Source of the DNA: the human T2T-CHM13v2.0 reference genome, Homo sapiens
DNA: 64,000 bases
Reading direction: 5' to 3' (one strand)
Assembly: GCF_009914755.1 (NCBI RefSeq)
Contig: NC_060925.1
A program made the translations under genes and the position numbers. The notes beneath the pieces are model-generated. The model was not told where the DNA came from and ran no database searches. It was given only the letters and a program-made list of their open reading frames with translations. Positions 13,717 to 26,714 of the stretch are shown one piece after another (positions within the stretch are counted from its first letter, which is position 1; the number at the start of each line of letters is the position of its first letter).

Positions 13717-14054
13717 CTACGGAAAATACAAAGCATGATGAGGAGGACTATTACTGTGCTTATACTGAGTGCCTTTGATTTTAGAATCAACAGTGTGCAA
13801 CAGAGACATCAGCAGTCCTACAGAGTGCCATAGACTTTAACTGAAGTGTTTTACAAAGTTCCAAATCTGAGTTTCAGGCCCACCTATCCTAAACCTTGAT
13901 GCTAATGTATAGCTGTGGCTGGCACCTACCGTAGAAAATTTACTTCTTCACAAACTCTGAAGACAGTTCCCCTACCACAAATAAACAAGTAATTAAAATA
14001 TGTATTGTGTGTGTGCATTTTTATATGTAAAGAACTACATATTTGCCTACAGTA

Positions 14055-14215
14055 TTTATATATATTTTATATATATACATACACACATATATGTGTGTAT
14101 ATGTGTGTATGTATATATATAAAATGTATATAAATGCTGTAGGCTATATATATATACACACACACATATATGTGTGTGTGTATATATGTGTGTGTGTGTA
14201 TATATATACATATCC
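14055..14215. repeat. Compound (TA)/(CA)/(TG) microsatellite in intron 3
   Basis: Direct reading. Confidence 0.9.
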
Positions 14216-14388
14216 ACATATTCTTGCCCACATTCACACAAAACAGCAAAAGAGAGAAACTTTAGCAGTTAAACAGAATCTTTTGGAACATAAAATGACC
14301 ACAATAGAGAGCAGTTTTTGCATGCTGTAAATTTGCCAAGATGCCCACACACTGAAACTACCTCCCACTGCTGCCGCAAACTCCCTAC

Positions 14389-14772
14389 CTGTGTAGCATA
14401 GGGCAAGCTTCTTCTTGCTGCACCTCTCATCATTCCACATGCCCACATCTTTTTCTCTCTTGATGTAGATCTCCACGCAGTCCTCATCTTTTTGCCTATT
14501 GTTGGGTTCACCTGGAGCCCAGTTCTTGGCTTCTTCTGTCAGAGGTTTCTGGGTTCCTACCCAGACCCACACATTGTTGACTTTTCTGATTCCAATCCAG
14601 TAATAACTTGGTGAATAGCTCAATATGGAGTTTAGGTACTCAATCTCTTCTTTGTTTTGAATTGCAACCAGGTGTGTGTACCTTTGCTGACAATAAGCAC
14701 TGGCCTCATCATAAGTCATAGCTTCCGTGGAGGTGTTGTAAGACCAGGCTCCACTCTCTTTAATGAGAAGCA
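14389..14772 (-). CDS. SELE: SELE exon 3, C-type lectin domain
   Basis: ORF 14234..14773 with [14 protein letters not shown] and WNDE motifs; TAG acceptor, GTAGG donor, 384 nt. Confidence 0.99.
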
Positions 14773-15034
14773 CTAGTGGGAGAAAAAGAAAAGAAATGGT
14801 AGAGTTTGGTACTGTTGTGGTTTAACTCTGACAACTGTGCTTTTTATTGTCTTATTTTTGGCAATGTTTGTGACATGGCCCAGACTTTTCTCATCTTTTC
14901 AAAAGTAAGAAGTACGTATGAAGAAACAGCGACTTATTGTTTATCTCTTTTGTGACTGCCACCCACTAGGTACCTTATCCACACTCACTCACAACATTAT
15001 AGTATACCCATTTTGTAGTAGAATAATAATCAGA

Positions 15035-15215
15035 ATAACTAAGCTTTATTGAGCACTTAGTATGCACCAAGAAGCACTGTATGAGGTACTTTCCATGAAC
15101 CATGCTATTGAATCCTCACAATGCATCTGGGAAATAGGTCATTATGATCCACACTTTACACTTAAGGAAAGGGAGACACCAAGAGGTAAAGTAAATGACC
15201 CCAAGCCCAGGGAAG
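15035..15215 (-). mobile_element. MIR in intron 2
   Basis: TTTATTGAGCACTTAGTATG..AATCCTCACAA. Confidence 0.65.
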
Positions 15216-15349
15216 AACACATTGCAGGTAGAGGTCAAGGATGCTGCCAGATATCCTGTGCAGGACAGCCCCAGACAAGCAAGGATATTTCAGTCTGAAA
15301 TATCTATAGTGCGAGAATGAGAAATCTTGGTCTAATGGCACTGACTTAC

Positions 15350-15386
15350 CCAAAGTGAGAGCTGAGAGAAACTGTGAAGCAATCAT
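15350..15386 (-). CDS. SELE: SELE exon 2 coding part (start codon, signal peptide MIASQFLSALTL); whole exon 15350-15434
   Basis: ATG at 15386-15384, acceptor CAG at 15437-15435, donor TGG|GTAAGT, 37 nt, phase 1. Confidence 0.97.
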
Positions 15387-15744
15387 GACTTCAAGAGTTC
15401 TTTTCACCCAAAGGTTTAGGCTTGAAATACTTTCCTGGGGAGATAAAACACAAAATGAATTAAAGAAGGAAATCGTGGGTAGCTAGTTACATTATTCTAC
15501 CATGATGTTTAAGGCAGCATCCTAAGATTTTGGGCAAAGGACACTAGTGCAATAATCTTTATTTCAGAGTTTAATCAAATAAATAAACAAATTTTAAGAC
15601 TTTCATTATTTAGGTCAAAGAGAAAAGACAGGTTTTAGCTACAATACAATAAGAGCTTGTACAGATGTGGTTTTTATTAGAAGGCCTTTTGCATATCTGT
15701 GTTTCATGGCCCGAGGCTGCCCTTATAAAGCGTTCTGCACTTAC

Positions 15745-15853
15745 CGTTTTGGGAAGCAGTTGTTCAAACACAGGATCTCTCAGGTGGGTATCACTGCTGC
15801 CTCTGTCTCAGGTCAGTATAGGAGTTTTGATGTGAAGTCAGCCAAGAACAGCT
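15745..15853 (-). other. SELE: SELE exon 1 (non-coding 5'UTR)
   Basis: Starts 24-30 nt downstream of TATAAAA, ends at donor ACG|GTAAG (plus strand cttac 15740-15744), contains no ATG. Confidence 0.9.
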
Positions 15854-15876
15854 GAACACTACTTCGGCTGAGGCCC

Positions 15877-15883
15877 TTTTATA
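15877..15883 (-). promoter_or_regulatory. SELE: TATA box (TATAAAA), about -30 to -24
   Basis: Plus-strand TTTTATA just upstream of exon 1. Confidence 0.93.
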
Positions 15884-15937
15884 GGAGGGATTGCTTCCTG
15901 TGAATAATAGGAGGATATTGTCCACATCCAGTAAAGA

Positions 15938-15947
15938 GGAAATCCCC
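15938..15947 (-). promoter_or_regulatory. SELE: NF-kB site GGGGATTTCC (-94 to -85)
   Basis: Exact kB consensus at the position of the classical E-selectin kB element. Confidence 0.95.
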
Positions 15948-15959
15948 AATGGCATCCAA

Positions 15960-15979
15960 AAACTTTCCCGGGAATATCC
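15960..15979. promoter_or_regulatory. SELE: Two abutting NF-kB sites (GGGAAAGTTT on minus, GGGAATATCC on plus) with an overlapping STAT6-type palindrome TTCCCGGGAA (15965-15974)
   Basis: Motifs read directly; they match the known E-selectin enhanceosome layout. Confidence 0.88.
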
Positions 15980-15998
15980 ACGATGCTTAAAATTACAA

Positions 15999-16006
15999 TG
16001 ATGTCA
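15999..16006 (-). promoter_or_regulatory. SELE: ATF/CRE-like element TGACATCA (NF-ELAM1, ATF2/c-Jun site), about -153 to -146
   Basis: Plus-strand TGATGTCA; known element of this promoter. Confidence 0.9.
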
Positions 16007-16518
16007 GAAACTCTGTCTCTTGAAGCTACTTCACCTTTGTCCATGCCTTTATATCGTATATGCAATTTTATTAATATGACAAAAATGCATGATTTTTAAT
16101 TATAATAACATAAAGTCTATGTCTTTAAAAAGTTGTAAAACTTTGCTTGTTAGTAGTGTCTCTCATGTAGTTGTGGTAGTAATTAGAATTTCAGAAACAG
16201 AAGGAAACCAAGAATAGGTTTGTCATCCATAGTCTACTACCTTCAATTTCTCATTCATAGCTGTGGATAACCAATCACTACTCATTTTTTCTTCCTTTTT
16301 CACCTGCCAATTCAACATATTTAACATGCACTGTCTCACAGAGGAATGACTCACAAGGTAGATATTAATCTTCAGATTTTGCACGGCAGTTATGCCTAAA
16401 TTAAAATATTATCTAAAAATAATATCTAACACTCAAATGGTTAAAATAATGCCTTATTTTAAAAAAAGAAAAATGGGAAATAGATATTTACATCTGGGAA
16501 AGTTTCATGGTTTGTTCA

Positions 16519-16868
<350 letters not shown>

Positions 16869-17098
16869 CTATATATATATATTTAATTGGTCAAAATTTT
16901 GTTTAAAATTTTTGAAATGTTAATGTGCAAAGAATAAAAATTCTTCCACAATGTTAACAGTGACTAACTCTGGATGGCAGGATTTGGGATAATTTTTATA
17001 TCCTTCATTATTATTTTCAGGATTTTAAAGTTTTTTTCAATTTCCCTTTTTTTCACCTTTATAGTAACAAGAATACAGTTTAAAGAAACTTGTCTCTA

Positions 17099-17606
<508 letters not shown>

Positions 17607-18359
17607 CTAATATTCTATATCTACAGCCTTTCAAAATAGGAGGTCTATCTAAAAATGTACTGTCAGCAGACCTGAACGAGTAGTGGTAAAAGCCTCGTTT
17701 TTCTCTTTACTTGTTAGCACTGGTCTTTCTGTGTTCATAAAGATGTCAAGACCCAAAAAAAAAACAAGAAAAGAGAAGAAAAATTCCAAAAAAGACAACT
17801 GATTAGAAAAAAATAACTTAATTAACGAATTTAATTCAACCCCTATCAAAAAGCATAGAATTTATTCCCTCCACCTTACCACTCTCTTACATGATCCAGA
17901 TACTGACATTATTCCAATTCTTTATCCCACTTTACTTAGCTCAATGTGGTTGTTGCTTCAATAAATTCAGAAGAGTAATCACTCATATAATGTTTATTTA
18001 GATTTTAGGGCAGAATGTCAAGTTGGGTTAATACATTATCTGTATGTATTTTATTTTTAATAAAGTATGAATACATAATCTGCTATTTTTAAAAAGCATG
18101 GTCAAATGTATAGAGTAGCCAAATCTTAAAAAACAATTTATCTTCGATATCAATAAAGTACCTAATAATTATATTGCTAATAGAAATTAGTCGTTAACAT
18201 CCCTAGATAACTAACTTTATTATTGCGAATTTTTCATAACTAAGTTTATAGTTTATCTCTTCCCCTTTTTAAAATTAGTTCAAAGATATCTAAAAATAGC
18301 CCCAGTGGTGATGAAGTTTCTATTTTACTTACATATATATGTCCTGGACCCCCAATTAT

Positions 18360-18585
18360 AATCTCTAACATTTATTGAGTGCTTACTATGTGCCAGGCCA
18401 TATTCTGAGCATTTTGTATGTTCACCTATTGATTATTCAATCCGTACAACAGCCTATGAAATAGGTACTCCTATTATCCCCATTTTACAGATGAGGAAAT
18501 TGAGAATCTGGGGATTTTATCTCATTCAAAAGCACAGAGCTAAGGGTTGAAACCAGGCAGTTGATATCCAGAGCCCACTCCCTTA
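18360..18585 (-). mobile_element. MIR
   Basis: AACATTTATTGAGTGCTTACTATGTGCCAGG..CCCCATTTTACAGATGAGGAAATTGAG. Confidence 0.85.
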
Positions 18586-19079
18586 CCTGCTACTCCAAAC
18601 CATGATTTCTTTTGTTGTTATGCCCCGAGATTCCTTGTTCTACCCAAGTTTCCTGTACTCTTCTTGCCCTCTTCTTCCTGAGACATCCTTGACCATCACA
18701 GCTCTCCACTGAGATAACTGTGTCCTGGGTTCTGAGACATGGGGGCTGGAAGGGACCCCAGGGACAGTGAGCAGTAGGGAGAGGATGCAGTGAGAACAGA
18801 CCCTGGATCCCCGGTGCATAGGCAGGGAGAAAGTGGACAAAGGAAAAAACAAGCAAGGCAGGTGGAGCCATGCCTAGGTAAAGTTGATCCCTAAGCCACA
18901 GTTCCCAGAAGTTCCTGATTCAAAAGCAAATTTTCTCTAAGGTCAAAGGGCAAACTGATTATTCTAAATTCTAAACTGATTATTTCTAAATTGAGAAAGC
19001 TTCAGGGAGAGATCCCAATATTCGAAGGATAAGAGAAATGAGGAGTGGAAGAGATAGGTGAGTAACAGTAACTTAAATG

Positions 19080-19285
19080 TAGACTATATATAATATATAA
19101 TATATGTAGAGTATATATATATAATTACAATATATTATATATGTGGAATATATATATTATTTATATATATTTATATATTTTATATATATAGATATTTTTA
19201 TATTTTATATATAAATATAGATATTTTTATATTTTATATATAAATATAGATATTTTTATATATATTATATATAAATATATGTAAA
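19080..19285. repeat. AT-rich (TA)n-derived tract containing about 3 tandem copies of a ~29-bp unit
   Basis: ATATAGATATTTTTATATTTTATATATAA repeated at about 19186-19272. Confidence 0.85.
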
Positions 19286-19289
19286 ATAC

Positions 19290-19742
19290 TGTGAAAGAAG
19301 AATAGAATCTTGAGACCTCAAATTCACTATGCCAAAGGGAAAGTTAAGCTTGGGAAATGAGTCATGCAAAAACTGCCTTCCTTTTGTTCCCAAATACCTG
19401 TAATTTCACATGCTTACTTTATCTTATATAAAATGTAGATGTACTGAGCATGAGATCCATGCATAATTTCCCTCTAGTCCCTTCTTTTTACATGTAAAGT
19501 GTAGACTCACTGAGTGTTACAGAGCCTTGCCACAATGTAAACACTTGTCTCATTGCCAACCCATCTTTCGTTTATTTTCTTCCCCTCCTGCTTGCTCTTT
19601 CCCCTCTAAAGATGGAAGTTCCCAAAACTCTCTTTGGAAAAAGCGCAGGTCACAGATCCTACAGTGATTTGTGTTTCTTTTACCTGGGACAAAATAAACC
19701 TCTAATCTGTTGAGATATGCTTCAGTTACTTTTTGGTTTACA
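19290..19742 (+). mobile_element. Solo ERV1 LTR, MER4-group
   Basis: TGTGAAAG..GCCAAAGGGAAAGTTAAGCTTGGGAAATGAGTCATGCAAA..AATAAACC..TTTGGTTTACA; TG..CA termini. Confidence 0.75.
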
Positions 19743-21227
19743 ATATGTACATGTATGTATATAATTTATATGTATATAATATATGTACTTGTTTTAACCA
19801 GAGGTATGTTATTCAAAATCCATTCATCCTTACAATTACCTGCATTCTCCCACAGTATTTTCTGTGTCCCTGCCCCCGAGGTTGTCACTGCAAATCAGGT
19901 ACATGGATACTGGGAGCTGATGGGCTCCCCTCTGGCTACCTGGGCTGCTGAAGGGGCCATAGACAGACCCAGCTTTCCTCTCGTGGAGAGGCCCTGGGCC
20001 AGCGCTGCGTGGGAGTGGGATTACAACCAGACTATAGCTTCTTCACCTGCTTTTTCCTATCAGGATTTCATAAGAGGCAATTGCTTGTTTTTTGAGGGTG
20101 GGGGCAAATCAGGGGGAGTTGAAGAGGAAATTGGGTAAGATTTGAATAGTTGGGCATGTTGAATATTATGAATATCATCTCCCTCTTCAAATAATCCAAA
20201 ATATACCCCGAAGAAACAGGCTGATTAGAGGTGCTTCAAGGCTCCACTGAATCTCCCAAGCTCTGAAGATGTAGCTAGCTGTTACCGGATTGCCGGTTTT
20301 CAAGCCTCGCCTCACATGGACCCTCTTGGCAGTTTCTCGCATGGGGGAAGCATCCGCTACATGGATGGGAATGAAAAGAGGAAAGAAGACGGTGCAAACT
20401 CAGGCACACCCCGGTGTCTGCCACCAGTGCTATTTAATCTCTGAGGTGTCACCCTTCCTGGCTTTATTGTCTCTTCCTGGAAGTCTCTTGTCCTCTCCTC
20501 CACACCCTTTAATCAGGCATCAAAGACTTTAACCAGTTTTGCTGTGTGCCCAGGCCCACTCATTCTCACTTTTATGGCAAAGGGAGTGGGAGACAGAGAG
20601 ATAGCCAGAAAGAAGAGATTGGGGACCCCAAGACAAATGTTAGAATTTTAACCAAGGCCACCCTGTGGACAGGAGATTATTGGGTTTAGTGGAAAGCAGC
20701 ACTGGCCACAACCACACGTGGCAAAAGCATCTATCGAGGAGTGAAGTTATATTTGGTGAACGTGACCGGGAAGCAGGGGCAGTGGTGTCCTCCTGCCTTC
20801 CTGAGGCACTCTGTTCCCTTACCTCTGCGAAGGCTTATTTTACCCCTGAGTGCTTAGTTTTGAAAGCCTTAGTTCCCTCTCTCCCATAAAAAAGCTCTAC
20901 TCTGCTAACATCTAAGTTACCTTTGCAGAGTCTTAGGTAGAGGGAGGAAATCCCAATAAAGATTCCACCCTATCTGCAAAATACAAACATGGTATTTCTT
21001 GCATTCCCAAAATTGTGAAAGAAAATGTGTATCACCACAGTAGAGAATGGCATTTTTTGTTTGATCAAAACCTAAATATATTTGATGAAAATGTGTCTGG
21101 TTCTAAGTTTATTTCCCAGAAAGCCATGTTTACTCACTTGGAATTTATAGACATCTTATAATATCTGAGTCGAGTAGGAGCTCCGGGCTCTACCTCACTC
21201 TTTTCTCCCACACCCAGGGGGAAGTGT

Positions 21228-21385
21228 AGGGTTCTCAGACTTTAGAATAAAGAGGAATCACCTGGACAACTCACCTAAAATGCACATCTTCAGGTCTCAT
21301 ACTCAGAGGCTCTGACTCAACAGGTCTGGGTGGCGCCCAAGAATTTGGGCTTTAAATGAGTATCTCAGGTGATTCTAATACAGAA
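21228..21385. mobile_element. MER5A-like hAT element
   Basis: GAATCACCTGG..TCTGACTCAACAGGTCTGGG..CAGGTGATTCT. Confidence 0.65.
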
Positions 21386-22411
21386 TGTGTAAGATGACCA
21401 GATCCTATCACACTTAGATGTATTGGCCTAGGGCCACCTAACTTGGAGAAAATGTTAGTAAGACCCCGTGGTTGGTGCTCAGCTATAGGTACCAGAATTT
21501 TGATCAAAATTTACTATCATTGTGACACTTCTCTTCGGAACTGGAAGGCCAGAACCCCACTTGTAAAGTGCTGGGAAAATACAAGGAAAATTTAGGGTGA
21601 GTAGCATTTTGAATTCTTACACATGGAAAGTAAATGTATAAGAATTCTTACCAATAAAAAAAAAAGCAAGAGAGAATAGCTGCTAAAGAATTAACACAAA
21701 TATGTATATATTAGTTATTCTCTTTTCTCCTCTGATTCCAGAGGACTTTGTAATTCCACTAATTCTTCTTGAGCTTCCAGGATGATCTGAGACTTGAATT
21801 TTTCATGTGCTTTTTGCTTCCTATTTGGCAGCATCTTATCTTGAAGTTTCCGCTTTCTGCTTGGGGACCTAAAAACTAACTAATGGGAATTTCTTCAAAA
21901 TGAGCAAACTCTGGTGAATTCCCAAAGCGGAAGAAACAAGTGAGGATCGGGCTGGTTAATTAAGAGAACTTTTCCTGAATGTAGCCAGACTGTTTGCCGA
22001 CTGTTGTTAACATGAGGGAAGAAATACCCCTGGATTTTAGAAGAGCCCCTTGTTTGTTTTCCTTGGCCATTTGTGCTGCTTGTTTTGTAAGTCAGAAATT
22101 TCCTGAAGGACTATTATTAGCTTTGTTCTCACGTCAGAAAACTTCTGCTCTGGCCACTTTTAAACATATAACTTGGATTTTACTGTATTAGAAAATGTAA
22201 CAATTACAGACAGCACTAAAAGGACACCAAAGGGCAAAGAAAATGGGTAACTTTTTTTTCTTCCCCAAATCTAAAATAGGTGATTTTGGAGAAGTAGGAG
22301 AAAAACCTGGATTTTCTAGATCTCTTTAGAGCTCAACAACTGATATAGTTAATTATGTAAGTCTTTGATATTTGGAAATGATTGGATTAACCGGATAACA
22401 ATGAATATTTA

Positions 22412-22759
<348 letters not shown>

Positions 22760-23313
22760 CTAATGAGCTCTGTCACTGGGGCAAGCTTCTTTGCCTCATT
22801 AAGTCTCAGATTTCCCGAGAGCTTATTTATTTATACCAAGAGTGCTTTACTACCGTCTCTGCTAGCTGTGACATAATATGACAAAAGGTATAAATATGGG
22901 AAAAGGCACTAATTTATATCAAAGCGTTCTTCGTTTTTCCTTGCTGTGAAGTTTTTAGCTAATAATTCATAAGAATATACCATATTTAGAGTGTTTACTA
23001 TGCATGGGCCTGGCACTTCACATACATTGCTTCTTACAAATTTTACAAAGTGAAAGGTAGATATTAATCTCATTTTATGGAGGACAAGATAGAGATCTGG
23101 AGAGGTTACATAACTTGCCAGTGTTTTTTCAGTTAATAAATGGTAGGGTGGAGATTCAATCTGTGTTACTCTAAAGTCCGTGTCCTTTTTATTGGCTCCA
23201 TGCCTACTCAGATTTAAATCTCAGCAGGGAAGTAAACCTTAGTTTTTACATGAGAAAATGTTACAGCAGCCTTCTCGGCTTCCTTTACCCCCATCCCAGT
23301 TTCACGAGCTTAG

Positions 23314-23680
23314 TGCCTTAGATCGGGTTCCTTTAGAAGCAGACCTCGAAATAAGGATGTGGGTGCCAGTCATTTATTGAAAAGATGATCCCAAGAAAGC
23401 CTAGTAGGAGAGTGAGGAAGTGAGATGGGGAAAGGAAGAAACTCCACAAGAAGTGTGTTAATAAGCAGGTTACCGCTGTGGGCAGCCATGGGGCTCAGCT
23501 GCACTAACAAACTCTGTCTAGTACAGAAAACCTCAGGGTCTCCCCAAGGAGGGGCAAGAAGTCTGCCTAGGGTATATATCCGCCAACTCAGTCACTGGCT
23601 GAGAGCTGATCCTGGGAGGGCATGGTTAATTCCTCTGCACTTTCAAGTGGATTCCTGTGGTCAGAAAAAGCCCTCTACAA
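23314..23680 (-). mobile_element. ERVL LTR16-like LTR
   Basis: GGGTTCC..AGAAGCAGACC..AGGAAGTGAGA..AAGCAGGTTACCGCTGTGGGCA. Confidence 0.6.
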
Positions 23681-23744
23681 TGAATTCCAGATGCTTGTAT
23701 TTAAATCTGACATGATCTGAATGCTGTGTTGGGACAGGGTGGGC

Positions 23745-24740
23745 GTTATTAGTTTTCTGTCATTACTGTAACAGATTACTACAAACCTGATGGCTGCAAA
23801 CAACACATATTTATTATGTCATAGTTTGTGTGGGTCAGAAGTACAGGTTAGCTCAACTAGTTTCTCTGCTCTAGGTTTCACATTGCCAATATCAAGGTGT
23901 CATCCAGTTGGGCTCTTCTTGGGAGGCTTGGGGATGAATCAACTTTCAAGCTCATTCAGACTGTTGGCAGAATCCAGTTCCTTGTGGTTGCAGGACCAAG
24001 GTCCCTGTTGCCTTGCTGGCTGTTGGCCAGGAGTCATTCTTAGCTTCTAGAGACTACCTGTACTCTCTGACTCGTGTCTCCACTTCACCTTTCAAACCAG
24101 CAGCGGCTAGTCGAGTCCCTCTCTTCAAATGTCTCCAACTGTGCCTTCACCTCATTTCTCCTCTGTGTACCATGTCTGCCTCTACTGCTTGTAAGGGCTC
24201 ATGGGATTACATTGGATTTATTCAATCCAGGATAATCTCCATATTTTAAGGCTAGCTGACTAGTGATCTTAATTCCATCTACAAAGTCCCTTCCAATAGT
24301 ACTGTATTAGTCCATTTTCATGCTACTGATAAAGACATACCCAAGACTGGGCAATTCACAAAAGAAAGAGGTTTAATTAGATTTACAGTTCCACATGGCT
24401 GGGGAAGCCTCACAATCATGGCAGAAGTCAAGGAAGAGCAAGTCATGTCTTACATAGATGGCAGCAGGCAAAGAGAGAGAGCTTGTGCAGGGAACTCCTC
24501 TTTTTAAAACCATCAGATCTCATAATACTTATTCACTATCACAAGAACAGCATGGGAAAGTCTTGCCCCCATGATTCAATTACTCCCACCAGGTCCCTCC
24601 CACAACATGCAGGAATTCAAGATGAGATTTGTGTGGGGACACAGCCAAACCATATCAAGTACCTAGATTCATGTTTGATTAAACAACCAGGGAGCAGAAA
24701 TCTTCAGGAGTGGGGGGCATCTTTAGAATTCTGCCCACCA
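23745..24740 (-). mobile_element. MLT1 (MLT1E-like) MaLR LTR interrupted by a THE1 LTR
   Basis: TTAGTTTTCTG..CTGTAACAGATTACTACAAAC..GTTGGCAGAATCCAGTTCCTTGTGG..AGAATTCTGCCCACCA. Confidence 0.75.
24303..24657 (-). mobile_element. THE1B-like solo LTR
   Basis: TGTATTAGTCCATTTTCATGCT..ACAGCCAAACCATATCA; perfect 5-bp TSD AGTAC at 24298-24302 and 24658-24662. Confidence 0.92.
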
Positions 24741-24741
24741 A

Positions 24742-25037
<296 letters not shown>

Positions 25038-26372
25038 TCATAGTAGGCTGTCCTACAGAGACATAACCCAGGAATTAGGTGAATGGCTAACCTAAATTAG
25101 CACTGTGATGTGTTTTCTGACTTGGTCCTTATAGCTCCTCTGCTTAGATGTGGAACTAATCCATGAATGCAAGGGTTTGTCTAGAGTTTTAAGTGGGAGT
25201 TAAATATCCAAAGTACAGGAGATATTATGGGTGCCTCATCCATGTCCCCTTGGCATTTATCTTTCTTGGATAACCCAACTCTATTAGTTTTTATATCTCA
25301 CTTGTTCCTATACTCTGTGAACTGATGTCCCATAAATAGACATTTCATTTTGCCAGTCTTCTTGAACAATAATTACGATTATTAATCTAGCAGTTATCAT
25401 TAATTGGCCACTTCACATTAGACACAGCACTTAGGACTTAAGAATACCATGTCATTTGATCATCATAATATGGTCAGGAATTAAGTATTGCTATCCAAAT
25501 TTTACAAAGAAGGCACTGAGGGTTAGAGTTTAAATAACTTGCTTAAGATGTCATAGCCTGTAAGTGACAAAACTAGGACTCAAATACAGGTCCATCTGAC
25601 TCCAAAGTCTATGTTCTTGGCTACCACACTGCCTCTCCTACAAGTGACCTGTGGTTTTACTACTATATTCACACTCTACTAACTTTACCATCTCCCATGA
25701 GTCTGTCTAGAGGAGGGCACACACAGCACAGAAAACACATGAATGCAAAATAAGGAAGGGCCTACTTACTACACAGAGCCGTTCTAATACCTGATGTTTG
25801 CTCTAATCCAGTTTTACTATTAATTAGTTGCTGGTGCCCAAGTTTTTACTGAGAAATGGGGATAATTTTGGAAGTCATAATGATGCCTTCTTCTCATAGG
25901 GTATTTTATTTGTTGTTGTATCTCCAGGCCCCAACACAGCCTGGCTTTTAGTAAATGATCAAAAATACCTGTTGAATGAATAAATGGAGTCACCTGAAAC
26001 ATGTTAAACATTTGTTCATGTGTCCTAATCGTGGATTTCAGGATAGTAAGCATCCTAAAAGGAAAGCATGCACACTGTTCTTGCTACATTAATTTCTCAC
26101 AATATAAAAAAAGAAAAGCATCTGAAAAAAGCTGCCAGCCGCTGTGTCTCCTAATATCAAACTGAGCACAGATATGGAGAAGCTAAGGGAGAGGGATGAT
26201 GGGCCATGCCTCTAACCTCATCATGGCAAAAGTCCTGGGGGTCAGACCCGAGGAGAGCAGGAAGTGTCTTTTGAGGGATACATTTCCACAGTGGAAATAA
26301 TGAGACTTAAATAAATATTATATACACAGTTCAACTGTTTTTATGTGTAAAGGTAGTAGGTTTTCACAGTAA

Positions 26373-26714
<342 letters not shown>

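Noticed and set aside
15162-15407. ORF-track N-terminal extension MKRTLEV before MIASQ
   Set aside because: It starts at a GTG and runs on into intron 2; the real start is the ATG at 15386.
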